DNA of 57,090 nucleotides, filler included, from Sphacelaria rigidula (lineage: Eukaryota), in assembly GCA_964200075.2 (NCBI GenBank). It is 6 parts of 6 records of this genome, joined end to end, with 100 filler letters (N's around TTAATTAATTAA, not from the genome) between each part and the next. Parts side by side here need not be neighbours in the genome. Positions count along the whole stretch, not along the records: positions 1 to 9,433 come from CAXNAA020008513.1; positions 9,534 to 18,965 come from CAXNAA020008514.1; 4 more parts are not named here. The stretch is one strand, 5' to 3'. Below, in pieces: positions 1 through 11,330 of this stretch. Position numbers and translations under genes: made by a program. Below the pieces are notes generated by a model. It was not told the DNA's origin. It made no database searches and worked only from the letters and a program-made list of their open reading frames with translations. The stretch's first letter is position 1. Each line of letters starts with the position of its first letter.

Positions 1-2897
1 CTTCGATGTCGGGCTTGTCGGCACGCTTCCCAGCTTCGTGTCTCTGGGCTGGATGGGCACCTATGTCGTGGCACGACAATGTCCACCATAAAAGCCGGAA
101 AGCATCACAATGAAAAACAGCACAGTTAGCTCGCCAACCTTGGTACTGTTCGACATGTTCTCCCAAGCGTCGTTCCGCCGTTGTTGATCTGTCGATCCAC
201 CCCCACCGCTGCCGCCGCCTGCACCTCTAGCCGATGACATTCCCATCACTGACCCCGTCGTGCTGCCCCCCAAAGTAGCCCCTCCAGCGCCGAATACGCT
301 GTCCTCGTGGGTCGGGATTTCGATAGGCGGGTAATTCCGGTACTCGAGTTGCTTGTTGTGGAGGAAGTTTTGAAATAAACTCCGTTCGACCTGTGTGTGA
401 CACGGAGTGGATTACATGTACGTACGTGGGCCGGCATGAGGCGGGTGTTTTCGTGATCGTGTATGCCGTAAGTCATAAGACCACCGACGTCGCGTCCTTC
501 CAAAGCGGGGACGGCACGTCGGGGATTCACCGGACCAGACTCGAAATCACCAAGCGCGAAGCGCCGTAATGCGTTTGGCGAGTCGCATGAAGGATGACCT
601 GCGTCCTGCTAAGATTCCTCGACCCAAAGCGTACTAACTACCTTCAATTAGAACAACCGATCATCGAAATTGAGGATGGAGCTTTTCATTGAGGATGAGA
701 TCTCGGAGGATGAAAATCTTTGTATCCACACCAAATCTTCTAAATATGATTCTATTCCTTCACCTACTGGTAGCTATTGAGAAGAACTACGCGTCATAAA
801 AAATCGAATTTCGATAACCGAAATGTTGGGGTCCTAGATGAAAAATCAATTTCAGGGAATTTCGGCGATCCGATCGGATCACCTAAATCACCTCAATTCC
901 CTACACCTGTTTCTTCATTTAGGACCCCAACTTTTCGGTTATCGAAATCTAAACTCGTATGGCGTGTAGCAGTTGCCAATAGCTACCAGTAGGTGAGGGA
1001 ACGGGATCATATTTAACAGATTTGGTGGAGATTCGAAGATTTGATTCTTCGGGTTCTCATCCTCAATAAAAAGCTCCATCCTCAATATCGATGATCGGCT
1101 GTTCGTGGATGACAACCTCCGATGGATTACTTCATTTTCTGCCGTCGTTGCTTCCAGAGCAGCCATGGATTACACACTGCCTCATCGATATTGAGGGGGG
1201 AAGGTAATGTTGACGGCCGTAATTGTGTGGGTTAGGACGAGATACTTCGGGGAGGGTTTATGGAGGTCTCGCAGTGGAGACCAAACTGAATTGGGTTCAA
1301 CATATCGGAAGTTAACGCGCTTCGAGATATATCTCGAGGTCTATCCAGAGTGCCGGAGGTTCTAGTAAGTAACTTTTTCGGGTGTTGCGACCCTACCAGC
1401 AGCCAGGAAAAGTCGCGCGTCAGATACACCAACGCTCCGATTGTGGAATTGTTGTAGCAGTGTGCCGAGTGTGACGTGCTGGTGTTGCTCCAACGTGCGT
1501 CGAGCAAAAGTGATGAAAGCCAGGATAATAAAATATCAGTCACGGCAATAACGCGACTTCTGAAAGAAGCCCTCGCACTTTGCCTGTCCACACGATGCGA
1601 AGGAAACACAAATAACGCATCATGAATCTGGGTCGGTTTTTTCCTCTGTAAAAAGTTCGCTTCAAAGATATAAACGCACGGCAGTTTCCTCTCGTGAAGA
1701 GCTTCGCGAAGTCGTACAACAGTTCTTCAGCCACCACGAACACACCCCCTATAATCAAAGACGACACCAAAAACTCGAGATATCACTGAACCGACTGTGC
1801 ATTCGCACTCCCCGGTACGAGAACCATAAACCAACAGAAAGCCCCACTGTTTCCAAGCGCGCCAAAACACAGCCAATGGCTTCTCACCAGTTCTAACGAG
1901 TTGAGTAGTTCCTTAGACACCATGATCTTTTCCGCTTGCTGAGCAGCTAGCAACTCGGCCACTCCCCTTATGCCGATAGGCCGTTTTTTCGGAGGCAGAT
2001 ATCACAGCGCGTTTTACGTGTGCAACAGTAAGTACCCTGGAAGAAAAAACACATTACAAAAGGCAAACATGTTCTACACAAAAAGTATGCATGTACGTAG
2101 TCGCGCGATAACAGTTGAATAACAGTTATATTCCAGCATGTACGTGCGCAGCCTACCAGCTACAGCAGTACGCAATAAGTTGAACGTGCGGTGACGCGGG
2201 CTGGATACGTTGATCAAGCTGGAGTGGCTGTTTGCTGATGGCGCCGGCACGGTGCCTGTTCTCGTAATTGTGTTCCTCTCTTCATCGGACAAAATCGTAA
2301 CTCGGCAACCGATTTGTTTTTTTGTCAACTTCGTTTTTGACGAACGCGGCGCCGTGTGACACACACTACGCCCGTGCTTCCCCTACAGAATACGATCTCT
2401 ATGAGCGTAGACGACATGGAGGTCGACCAAACCACCACGGACAGTGCAGATTTCAAAACGACGGCGCGCGAACAGATCATCCGCACCGCTTATGTGCTCA
2501 ACGTGATCGCAAACATGGTATGGGCCGGAGGGAATGACACGAAGCATTCGGAACGGGCACACACAAAAAAACAAGCGAGAGCACGAACCTGGCATCCATT
2601 AGCGACTCCGCCTCCTCCCTGCCTTCCCCACCGTCAGCAGTCATCTTGCCAGCCCCACCAACGCCGGCATTGACACTTGCGCCTGAGTGAGACCCCTTCC
2701 GACCGCCGCCGCCGGCGTTGGCCTTGCGTCCCCCACCTCCCCCTATTCCTCGTGCCCTACTTGCGTTCGGGTTGACGTTGGTTGTGCTAACGCCGACTCC
2801 TCCGCCACTGCCGCCTCGTCCCCCTGTCTCCGCGGTAGCATCCTGAGGAAGTGGTCGGGGTGCAACTGTGTTCTTCGTCTCCAGAAGGCACCCGTTG
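1..2897 (-). CDS. DNAI4: Partial spliced gene, axonemal dynein intermediate chain (WDR78/DNAI4/IC138-like); exons 2589-2897, 1888-1966, 135(or 139)-390, 1-60
   Basis: The first three exons join in consistent phase (2-2, 2-0, 0) at AG/GT sites and give ...SLMDAR|GVAELLAAQQAEKIMVSKELLNSLEL|VERSLFQNFLHNKQLEYRNYPPIEIP. This resembles the L..SL.hhERxhxQNhhxxKxxxYR segment just upstream of the WD40 repeats in WDR78/IC138. The linkers are Gly-rich. The WD40 part lies outside the contig, so the identity is from memory of the motif only. Confidence 0.65.
440..1165 (-). mobile_element. SINE-like 'B' repeat copy (440-650 plus 1105-1165) split by a foldback insertion
   Basis: The two halves align end to end with the B copies at 3147-3657 and 19246-19760. 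Confidence 0.75.
651..1104. mobile_element. Foldback / palindromic MITE (454 bp)
   Basis: Left end GAACAACCGATCATCGAAATTGAGGATGGAGCTTTT; the right end is its imperfect reverse complement along the whole arm. The centre is the palindrome GATCCGATCGGATC (867-880). Single arms recur at about 9690-9947 and 10076-10302. Confidence 0.9.
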
Positions 2898-3145
2898 CTT
2901 CGTACATTTAAGTAGGAATGTCAGGAGCAAGGCGGCGCGGGGTTGGGCGGCGACCGTGACGACGTGTATAACTAGCATGTTGGGTTTTAGTTCCGCCGTG
3001 GATAGTGAGCAGGAGGGACGAGGGGAACCGTCATGGAACAAGAAGGATATAGCGATAACACTTCGAGTGAACGTGCTCAACTATTCTGGAATGTGAACTA
3101 CAGAAGGACTTGTTGGGGGTATAATGGTGATCGACGGAGGGGGAA

Positions 3146-3146
<1 letters not shown>

Positions 3147-3186
<40 letters not shown>
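3147..3186. repeat. (TG)20 microsatellite, the (CA)n 3' tail of a minus-strand retroposon
   Basis: Directly follows ...GATCATGAGTA on the minus strand. Confidence 0.95.
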
Positions 3187-3190
<4 letters not shown>

Positions 3191-3657
3191 CATGATCTTG
3201 CGTGCCATTGACCTCGCATCCCTGCAAAGCCGGGATGGAGCACACCGGGTTTTCGCCGAACCAAGCTCGCAATCAATCACCCAGCGCGAAGCGCCGTGAT
3301 GTGTTCGACGAGTCGCATGAAGGGTGAGCTGCATCCTGTTGAGAGCGCACTGATTATCTTGCATTTGGACGGCAGTCTCCATTGAGTTGCATCATTCTAT
3401 GGTATCGCCACTTTCAGAGACAGCCACGCGTTGACTCATGGGTGTCTCACCACTCCAACACCACGTGGTATGACCATCCATCCCCTTTCCGCGGAACTGA
3501 GGTTCTCTCATCCCCCATAATATGATCTAGCTCGATCACCATTATGATACCGCAAAACAATGCAAGCTCCCCCCCCAAAACCGGTAACCTGGTGGCCTAG
3601 CTTACGCAGTGAGTGGCGCGTTTCACAGCGTCATTGCCAACCGACGTCAATCCTCAC
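3147..3657 (-). mobile_element. SINE-like 'B' element (~500 bp) with a LINE-related 3' end
   Basis: Aligns over its full length with 19246-19760. Its 3' end (GTGCTCCRTCCCG...GGATGCG...CAATGG...ATGAGTAC) resembles the LINE 3' end. Confidence 0.75.
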
Positions 3658-5800
3658 GGGAGGCGGGGGGGGGAAGACGTGCTCATTCGTTTCTTGCCTT
3701 AGTCGTTTGACCATTGACCACGCATCCCTTGCGAGACGGAGCACCGTTCCTACTTCTAATAGAGACACCTCCAACATTTGGGCGCTCGTTACACTTCTTC
3801 CATATATTACATAGGAATCTTTTACATACCTAATCATCTTCTTGATTCGCCGTTTGTGGTCATTATCTACCCTCCTGGCATAGCCATCGTTTTCTCGCTA
3901 CTGTCTAATGCATCAAACGACTGCATGCCACCTTCTTTTACATCCCACGTGCCCCCCTCTAGCACGTCCCGTTCCTCCTTGTATATTTCATATTTTTCCA
4001 CTATATGAGTTCTACTCTCTATTGCTTTGCCACAGCGGCAGTTCTGTCCATCTACTTCCTCCTCCTTTCCTTTACTGGTATACCTCTTTATTCTTTCTGG
4101 CAGGTCCAGGTCCTTCACCTGACATCGCAGTTTCAATTTTTTCGTCGGGTCCATTGAGCCATGCAGATATGTTTTCATCCCTATCCCCTCTCTCAACCCC
4201 GTGTATATCTTCAGGCGCTCTTCCTCGTCTTATTTCCGTCTTAGCTCTTGTTTTCCCCTTTATTATTTAATGTCTCTTACTTTGTCTTGAACCCCTCACA
4301 TTCACATATTATGGACAGTATCTCTCGTCTTGGTTTCCTCCTATGTTGTCCTTCCATACGTTCTCGACTACGCTGTCCTACTTCATTCCAGCCTGCCCTT
4401 CCATCATTTTCGTCCATGCAGCCCTATCAACCATGGGTGGCAATCTCATTCTCTGCATATTCTTCACGCTATATTGCTATCTCAATTTCTCATGTCTCTG
4501 TCTGTTTCAAGTGGGTCCGTTCCCAACTCTGCTCTCAATGCTGCATTACTTGTCGTTTTTGAGCATTCAAGTATTTTCCTAGCTACTGCCATCTGTGCTG
4601 TCTCCAGCTTCTTCACCAACTTCGCATTGCCATCCTATGCTTTATCTGCATATTCTAGCTTTTGTATAATCACCTTCATCAGGATGCATATCTTATTCTA
4701 AGCATGTAGGTGCGAGTTTCTCAGCATCACGTCCATCCTTCCTCTCTGTGCCTTACCCTTTTCTACTACTTTATTTGTGCGTGCATCCCAAGAACAGTTT
4801 CTCGAGATCTCTAAGCCAAGGTATGTTAACTGGTATACGATCAGCAGTTCCTCTTCTCCCGAACTCAGTTTAAACTCTAGTGGATTCTTCTTACCTTCGT
4901 TACATACAACTACCGCGCATTTGTTCACGTTCGCTGTCACTCCCAACTTCCTAATGTTTTCTAGCGCCTTCTCCATTTGCTTCTGCAATCCTTGTGGTGA
5001 TTCTGATATCCCCACGAAATCATCCCCCAACATCAATCCCGATACCGTATCTTTCCTCACCTTGACTCCTTGCTCTGCTGCTTCTATTGCTACTATGAGG
5101 TCATGAACTAATATCATGAACATAACGTACAGCCTAGTGCAACTCCTCAAAAAATAATATCGAAATATTTGGATATTTCCCCGTCTAGCATCATGGCACT
5201 CTTCGCACATTCTGTCGCCTTCTTCACCATTCTCCACGTATTTCCTCTGATCCCAGTTTCCCACATCTTTTTCCACAACCCATTTCTCCATCCTGTGTCT
5301 TAAGCCTTTTGCACGTCCAGAAAGAAACATTACGTTGTCAACCCGGCGTCTTTCCTACCTCGAATAATCTTCCCTAGTGTGTACACATGGTCTACGCAAC
5401 TACGGTTCGGTCTAAAACCTGGTTGCCCTTCGCTGTTTTTTTCGTCCTTTTCTAGCATCAATCCTACTCTATCGTTCAGAATCTTACAGAATGTTTTCCC
5501 TACCGCGCTCAGTAGCCTTATCCCTCTATAATTCCCTGGGTCAGCCTTGTCTCCCTTTTTAAAAAGGTTGACGACTAGTCCCTCTCTCCACCTCTTGGGT
5601 GTGTACTCATTTTCCCATATCTAGTTATACAGCATAACCCTCATGGCAATCATTTCTTTCCCCCCATGCTTCAGAAATTCATTCACTATTCCGTCTGCCC
5701 CTGCCGCATTTTTGTTTTTGAGTTTAGCTACGCACTGCTTTCCTTCATCTCTGGTAAGTTCTCTCTGCAATTCTTTCAAGCCACTGAGTGATGCTGCGAT
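3658..5800 (-). pseudogene. 5'-truncated, decayed non-LTR retrotransposon (LINE): reverse transcriptase, C-terminal region and 3' UTR
   Basis: Minus-strand motifs: KLKNKNAAGADGIVNEFLK, LFKKGDKADPGNYRGI, QPGFRPNRSCVDH, FLDVQKA, LMLGDDFVG (YADD equivalent), YLG, ALRAELG. Many stops and frameshifts. Ends in a C-rich tail at about 3658-3675. Confidence 0.95.
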
Positions 5801-6048
5801 AGGGTCAGCACTTTTACGGCCTGAGAGTAGAATTGTTAGGAACCCTTTATCTCATCCAAAACACGACTTTCGAAATAGGTGAGAGTACGCCAGGGTTTTT
5901 CTTCCAATTTGCTAGGGATATCCCGAATGAATTTGCAAACGGGGATATCCTGACCCATATTCTTGTGTAGTTCCTCATTTTAGGAACCCCTGAATCAGGC
6001 CGGTTTAGGCCCCAAACGTGCAGACCCTATCGCAGCATCACTCCATGG

Positions 6049-6090
6049 TCAGGGTTAGGGTTAGGGTTAGTATTGAGATTAGGGTCAGGG
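6049..6090 (+). repeat. Degenerate interstitial telomere-like (TTAGGG)n, about 7 units
   Basis: TCAGGG TTAGGG TTAGGG TTAGTA TTGAGA TTAGGG TCAGGG. Confidence 0.7.
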
Positions 6091-6401
6091 GCGTGGTCCC
6101 TGCAGGGACTGGCCCGATTTGTTTCGAAAAACGTCGATCTTGGGATTTTTTGGACTACGGCGCGGTCCTCTATGCACGCGGTCCTCTCTCGCATTACAAC
6201 ACTGCGGACCAATTTTATAGTGAGTGCAACTCCTTATATACCCTAACCGAGGCTGCCTACTTATCGGTATGGGTTACGCTGCGAGTGCTTTTACTCTTCG
6301 AGAGCTGGTTGGTGCCGTGTATCTCTGTAAACATACTCTTCTGAACGGCGGGATCCCACTTTTGTTCCCGCTGAGCAGTTTCGAGCCGGGAGAATGTATA
6401 C

Positions 6402-6914
6402 CACACGTCGGACGAGCATGAGTATGACTCGTGGCACTTGCGCTCGTTGGGCTTCTCGTTCGCCGTTTTTGGAGGTCCTCCAGCACTCGGGTCATTGCTC
6501 GTTGTGGAAAAAATGAATAGTGCGAGTACTCGAGTCATTCATTGCTCGTTGTGGGAAAAAATGAAAAGGGCGAATACTCGAGTCATTGCTCGTCGTGGAA
6601 AAAATGAATAGGGCGAGCACTCGAGTACTTGCTCGTCGTGAAAAAATTAATAGGGTCAGCACTTCAGGCATTGCTTGTTGTGAAAAAATTAATAGGGTCA
6701 GGACTCGAGACATTGCTCGTTGTGGAACAATTAATGGGGTGAGTATCCCAGACATTGCCTGTCGTGGAAAAAGTTAATAGGGCGAGTACTCGAGTCATTG
6801 CTCGATGTGAAAAAAATGAATAGGGCGAGCACTCGAGTCATTGCTCGTTGTGTTCTCAAAAAACATCAACGAGAGTGCACTCGTTTCGACGAGTACTGAC
6901 TCGTCTGACGTGTG
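6402..6914. mobile_element. Non-autonomous TIR element (hAT-type) with an internal 42-43 bp tandem array
   Basis: TIRs CACACGTCGGACGAG / CTCGTCTGACGTGTG. Flanks ATGTATAC / AAGACTAC match 5 of 8, a possible decayed 8-bp TSD. Confidence 0.8.
6485..6852. repeat. Minisatellite, about 8.5 units of 42-43 bp
   Basis: Consensus ACTCGAGTCATTGCTCGTTGTGGAAAAAATGAATAGGGCGAGY. Unit starts: 6485, 6528, 6576, 6619, 6661, 6703, 6745, 6788, 6831. Confidence 0.95.
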
Positions 6915-7974
6915 AAGACTACTATGAGACGAAAGCGTAGAAAACGTTTCTTCGAAATTTGCCCGAAGCACTTTCAGACACGCCCTGGCCGTTCCAGCGT
7001 TCCTGGAGGAAGAACGCATTATTTCAAGCTGGGGCAAAACACGTACCGCGTGTAGCGAGATATCCGCCATCAAAGTTGTTGTTCCCGTTCTAACGTGCAT
7101 ATAGTGGGTTCCGGAACTTGTCGGAGCTGGGGTTTTCTTCGGGGTCTAAGGCGGGGGAACAGCGTAGTTCGACGATAACCAGTATGTATGAGTGTTTATT
7201 TCCCTTCATATCGCCAAAGCACGTGTGCACCGTACATCAAGCCTCCACTTCGGTGTGTCCCGCGTTATGTAGAGCGCAAATATATTTCAAGCGAGAGAGG
7301 AGATGATGCTGGTGCGAACTGCTTCAGTTTTCTCATCTACTCGCGGAAACCCATGGACCATGCGTCACAGGAAGCAGCACCCTATACGCCCGCGATTCGT
7401 CGCATGTCGAGGACTTCGCTACGCATGTACCCTTTTTTTTTTTCGGAGCAATTATTCGAAATCCTTGCGCTTTCTGTGAAAAATAATAGATGAAGGACCT
7501 GTAACAGCTAGCTGCTCCTGGTCTGTCAAGGCTAAATAGTTTGAATCTTGCCTGCGCACACCATCGCCATGTATCCTCCGAGATTAATTCATGCGTGAAA
7601 AATAAACCAACGTCATGTGTCGGAACCCCTCCCTGATGGCGCTGTCTCTCACCCCACTCCTTCTCGTCGGAATGAGTTGATTGATTGTCGCACTTTAAGT
7701 GACCCCCCAGGGGTCCAGCTGTGGTCTCACGATAGACGTATCCAAGAAAAACGAAGCTGAAAGGCGCCCTGAGACGAAAAGGAAGGAACAGAAAAAAAAA
7801 GAGGGGTCGAACAGAACGACACAGCAGACTAATTCGTGACAAGAAAAAGTAATAAAAAGTCAACACAAGCTGAGCACAGAAAGAAATGGCCGACCTGAAA
7901 CAAGAAGGAAAAAAAGAGGAAAGTACAAAGCAAATAAAATAAAATACAATGAAACGATGGATATTATATTGTAA

Positions 7975-8084
7975 AAAAATGCACTGCGTACAGTATGGAA
8001 TCTATTGTCTGCTGCGATAGGTGCAATAGTTCGACTCTGTAGACAGTACACTTCTGGACAGTGTATTCGGTTGTTCAGGGTGTG
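7975..8084. mobile_element. Partial copy of the CACACCCTGGAC MITE
   Basis: Aligns with 46530-46635 and ends TTGTTCAGGGTGTG. Confidence 0.7.
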
Positions 8085-8450
8085 GAAAACACCACGGTTA
8101 GGACGAATCATCACGGGTTCGTATCACGAAATCCACGATTTCTTCGGCCTGACTGCCCAAAAGGGAGAAAAAAAGTTGACCGCTGGCCCAAGGGGTATGT
8201 ATCCACACGACCTTTGCGCCATTCCACATGTCTGGGCTGCGTGTACCTGGGTTGTGACGCTAAAAACAAAGCCTAAGGATTGATTCGTACGAGTCGAATC
8301 AATCACACTAAAACCAAGTAATTTCCAGACGAATCATTGATTTGTCCGACCCTTCAAAAACACTCTACGTCGCCCCTCTGTATCCACCCATGTGCATGTC
8401 GTGTGTTTTGACGACATGGCCGGAAATCGGTTGCTTGCTTGGGTTGTCAG

Positions 8451-8581
8451 GGGATGGCGGAGAAGGAGTGCGAGTGCTGGACTTGGAAAAGTTCCTGCAA
8501 AAATTCGTGGGGAGCCAAGACGTGGTGAAGGATCTGAAACATAGAGGCGATTTGCTTCGTACCGCACATCGTACCGCCAAG
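8451..8581 (+). CDS. Putative isolated exon, unknown protein
   Basis: TTGTCAG acceptor and AAG|GTGAAA donor; open frame DGGEGVRVLDLEKFLQKFVGSQDVVKDLKHRGDLLRTAHRTAK. Confidence 0.4.
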
Positions 8582-8591
8582 GTGAAAATAC

Positions 8592-8997
8592 AAGGGATAT
8601 ACACGTTACACGTGACGTTTTTACGTGACACATTCGAAAAAACGCAACTTTGGGTCATTTAACGCTACGTAAGATTTGATTTTTTGGATGGGGCAAATGT
8701 AACGTAACGTGATGTAACGTGTGGTCCTTCGGATGAACCCTAACATAGAATTTTACTTTCCAAATGTGACGAAAACTCGGCTTGTTTTCGTGAATATGTC
8801 ACGTGAGAAAATCACAACATCCTTTTTTTCCGTGTGGAAAATCCCAAGAGACACTGCTTCAAGGTCCACATGTGATATCACGTCACGTTACATTTGTCCA
8901 GTCCAGAAAATCAAACCCTACGTAGCGTTAAATGGCCCAAAGTTATGTTTATCCCGTTTTTTTCAAATGTGTCACGTGTGTAACGTGCATATCCCTG
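8592..8997. mobile_element. hAT-type MITE with long (~140 bp) inverted arms
   Basis: Termini (C/A)AGGGATATRCACGTTACAC...; perfect 8-bp TSD GAAAATAC at 8584-8591 and 8998-9005. Confidence 0.92.
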
Positions 8998-9299
8998 GAA
9001 AATACGGTGAACATTATGCTTTTGCAGAAACTGCAATCGTTAAAGGTAGCAGTGAGTAATTGTGCTTGTCCTTTGTAAACCCGGTAATACCATTTCTTCG
9101 TGTGTACTGCAGTTTTTGCAGCACTTGTCGTTGAAGACCTTGTGCAAAGTGTCTCATCGAACGACGTCGTTTTCGGCGAAACACGAATGTTGTCGATATC
9201 CCCGATGGAATATGACCATGATATCACCACGCCAATCATTCACCAAACGTTGCCCCTGATATCTCGACCGAGGCGTACCAGTGTGTATGCGTGCGGATT

Positions 9300-9410
9300 C
9301 CCCCCCTTTATTTGTCAATGGTCCAACGACGAAGGCAAGCAACAAATGAGTACGCCCCCCTGAAGCCTGGTCCGGCAAAAACTCGGCGTGCTCCGTCCCG
9401 GCTTTGTAGG
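9300..9410 (+). mobile_element. LINE 3'-end stub between C-tracts, followed by a truncated B element
   Basis: CCCCCCC...GGCAAGCAACAAATGAGTACGCCCCCC, then AGCCTGGTCCGGCAAAAACTCGGCGTGCTCCGTCCCGG. Confidence 0.75.
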
Positions 9411-9433
9411 GGCGGACCCCCGATGGGGTTGGC

Positions 9434-9533
9434 NNNNNNNNNNNNNNNNNNNNNNNNNNNNNNNNNNNNNNNNNNNNTTAATTAATTAANNNNNNNNNNN
9501 NNNNNNNNNNNNNNNNNNNNNNNNNNNNNNNNN
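9434..9533. other. Artificial contig-joining spacer
   Basis: N44-TTAATTAATTAA-N44, giving stops in all six frames. Confidence 0.99.
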
Positions 9534-9600
9534 ACAGATATGCCACTTCAGCCCCATATTTTGTATGAACCCCAGAATATAAAATCGGCTGTTCAATGTA
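9534..9600 (+). repeat. High-identity repeat shared by the starts of contigs 2 and 6
   Basis: ACAGATATGCCACTTCAGCCCCATATTTTGTATGAACCCC... is nearly identical to 47661-47727. Confidence 0.9.
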
Positions 9601-9689
9601 GTATGACCCATCAGGTACCAAGCATGACAAAGTATGGCAAATGGAACCCAGTCGACTGGAACATGGCCAATAAATCTGTAACAGATATC

Positions 9690-9947
9690 CAAATTTGTGG
9701 GGTGTCTAGTTTGTCAACAGCTACCAGTAAGTGAAGGGATGGAACCATATTTCGAAGATTTGGTGTGGATGCCAAGGTTTTAACCCTTTGACCGCAAGGG
9801 TAGGTCAACTGCTGAATGAGCATCAATTTCACTTGAAAAAGTATGCTTGATTCAGATGGACTACCCGCATCGCGGTCAAAGGGTTAATCCTGCGGGTTTT
9901 CACCCCCAATGAAAAGCTCCATCTTCCATTTCGATGATCGGATGTTT
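9690..9947. mobile_element. Right arm of the foldback family, interrupted by a piggyBac MITE
   Basis: Aligns with 950-1104 once 9784-9887 is removed. Confidence 0.8.
9784..9883. mobile_element. 100-bp piggyBac-type MITE
   Basis: TTAA-CCCTTTGACCGC...GCGGTCAAAGGG-TTAA: perfect 12-bp TIR and a TTAA duplication. Confidence 0.92.
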
Positions 9948-10075
9948 ACATTGCCGATATGAGTCCATTTTCGTACGGGATCCCGTTCAACAACCGCCGT
10001 GTTTATTTCTACATATTGGCATGACCCTGCACACGCAGGCCCAACCCTACATGGGGTGTCACAGTTTTTTTCATA

Positions 10076-10302
10076 CAACAGCCGATCATCCATTTTGAGA
10101 ATGGAGCTTTTTCATCGAGGATGAAAACCCGGAGGACCAGAAGCTTTGCATCCACACCAACGGTTCGAGATATGGTTCCATTTCTTCATCTACTAGTAGC
10201 TCTTGACAACTGCTACACGCTGTACAAATTTGAATTCCGATCACCGAAATCTGGGGACTCTGGGTGAAAAAAGAAATATCGAGTATTTACGTGATCGGAT
10301 CA
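10076..10302. mobile_element. Left arm of the foldback family
   Basis: CAACAGCCGATCATCCATTTTGAGAATGGAGC... runs up to the central GATCGGATCA and aligns with 651-881. Confidence 0.8.
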
Positions 10303-11330
10303 TCTTGACAGGGTATCGCCCTTTCTACCCTGGGCAGGGTCCACCCTTGCACAGGGTTAGTAAAATCTGTCTTCCTGCACAAGCTTTGATCCTGTGCAGG
10401 GTCTGCACAGTTTGGATAAATTGGTAGGTGGTAGGAAGTGACAAGGTCGTCGTGAACGTCAACCTTGACAGGGTACTGCGCCTTCGACCCTTGAGAGATG
10501 GCCGAATGTCCACCTGTGCTGATTTTCACTGAGTTCGATTTAGACTTTGTCTTTGAGTGTCGGTGTTCACGGCTGTGCAAAATTACCATCTTGTGTGGAA
10601 CATGATATTGCATGGTCGGGTGTCACTAACTGGCGGGCAAACGTAGCATAAACGTGATTGTCGGTGTCTACTGTTTGTCAAACTCGCTTTGTACTTCGAG
10701 TAGTGCGGGGATTTGGGGGTGCTGTAGAGTTGTCCACCTCCAGTATACGTGCAGGACATGATGAGCTGTCTCTCGGTAGAGGAGATATGGGGAGTCTTGT
10801 AGACAACCTCAAAATACAGGCGCCCCAAACCCCGTGTCCATACCCCCAACAGCCTGTAACCCTGACCCTAACATGAAATACTTCCGGGGGGGAAGGTTCG
10901 ACGAACGTCAGAGAACACAAATACGAAATGTTCGGTGTCATGTGACAAACGAAGTGGAATTCAAACCAAAAAGTGAACGGTGTAGAATAATCCATCAACT
11001 TTGCTATGGAATTTCCTTCATGCCCTTATGACAACAGCAAGCAGAAACCAAGCAAACAAGAGATTACAAATCAGACGTAACGTGTCACAATATCTATCTC
11101 ACAAGTCTCACCCTCACAACACATACCACCACCACCCCCACACCATTGCACTTGAGCACCCCTAATAAACCACCTAGGAAGTATCGGTGTAAAACCATCG
11201 GTGAAATATCCGTCAACGTATCGCGCCGATACACCGATTCCGACCCTTTATCGACCCAATACATCCTGGATAATAGTAATAGCATATCGATTAAGCACTC
11301 ATATCCGAGTTTTATAAAGCCCAAAAACCT

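Noticed and set aside
1232-1770. Coding-looking stretch in a dynein intron
   Set aside because: Stops or frame changes on both strands and no identifiable motif; at most an unclassifiable TE remnant.
6485-6852. CRISPR-like appearance of the 43-bp arrays (also 27005-27330 and 46759-46968)
   Set aside because: Whole units are degenerate copies of each other with no unique spacers, there are no cas genes, the context is eukaryotic, and the arrays are TIR-associated.
9478-9489. Recurrent TTAATTAATTAA palindrome at ~9.5-kb intervals
   Set aside because: It is an assembly linker embedded in N runs, not biological.
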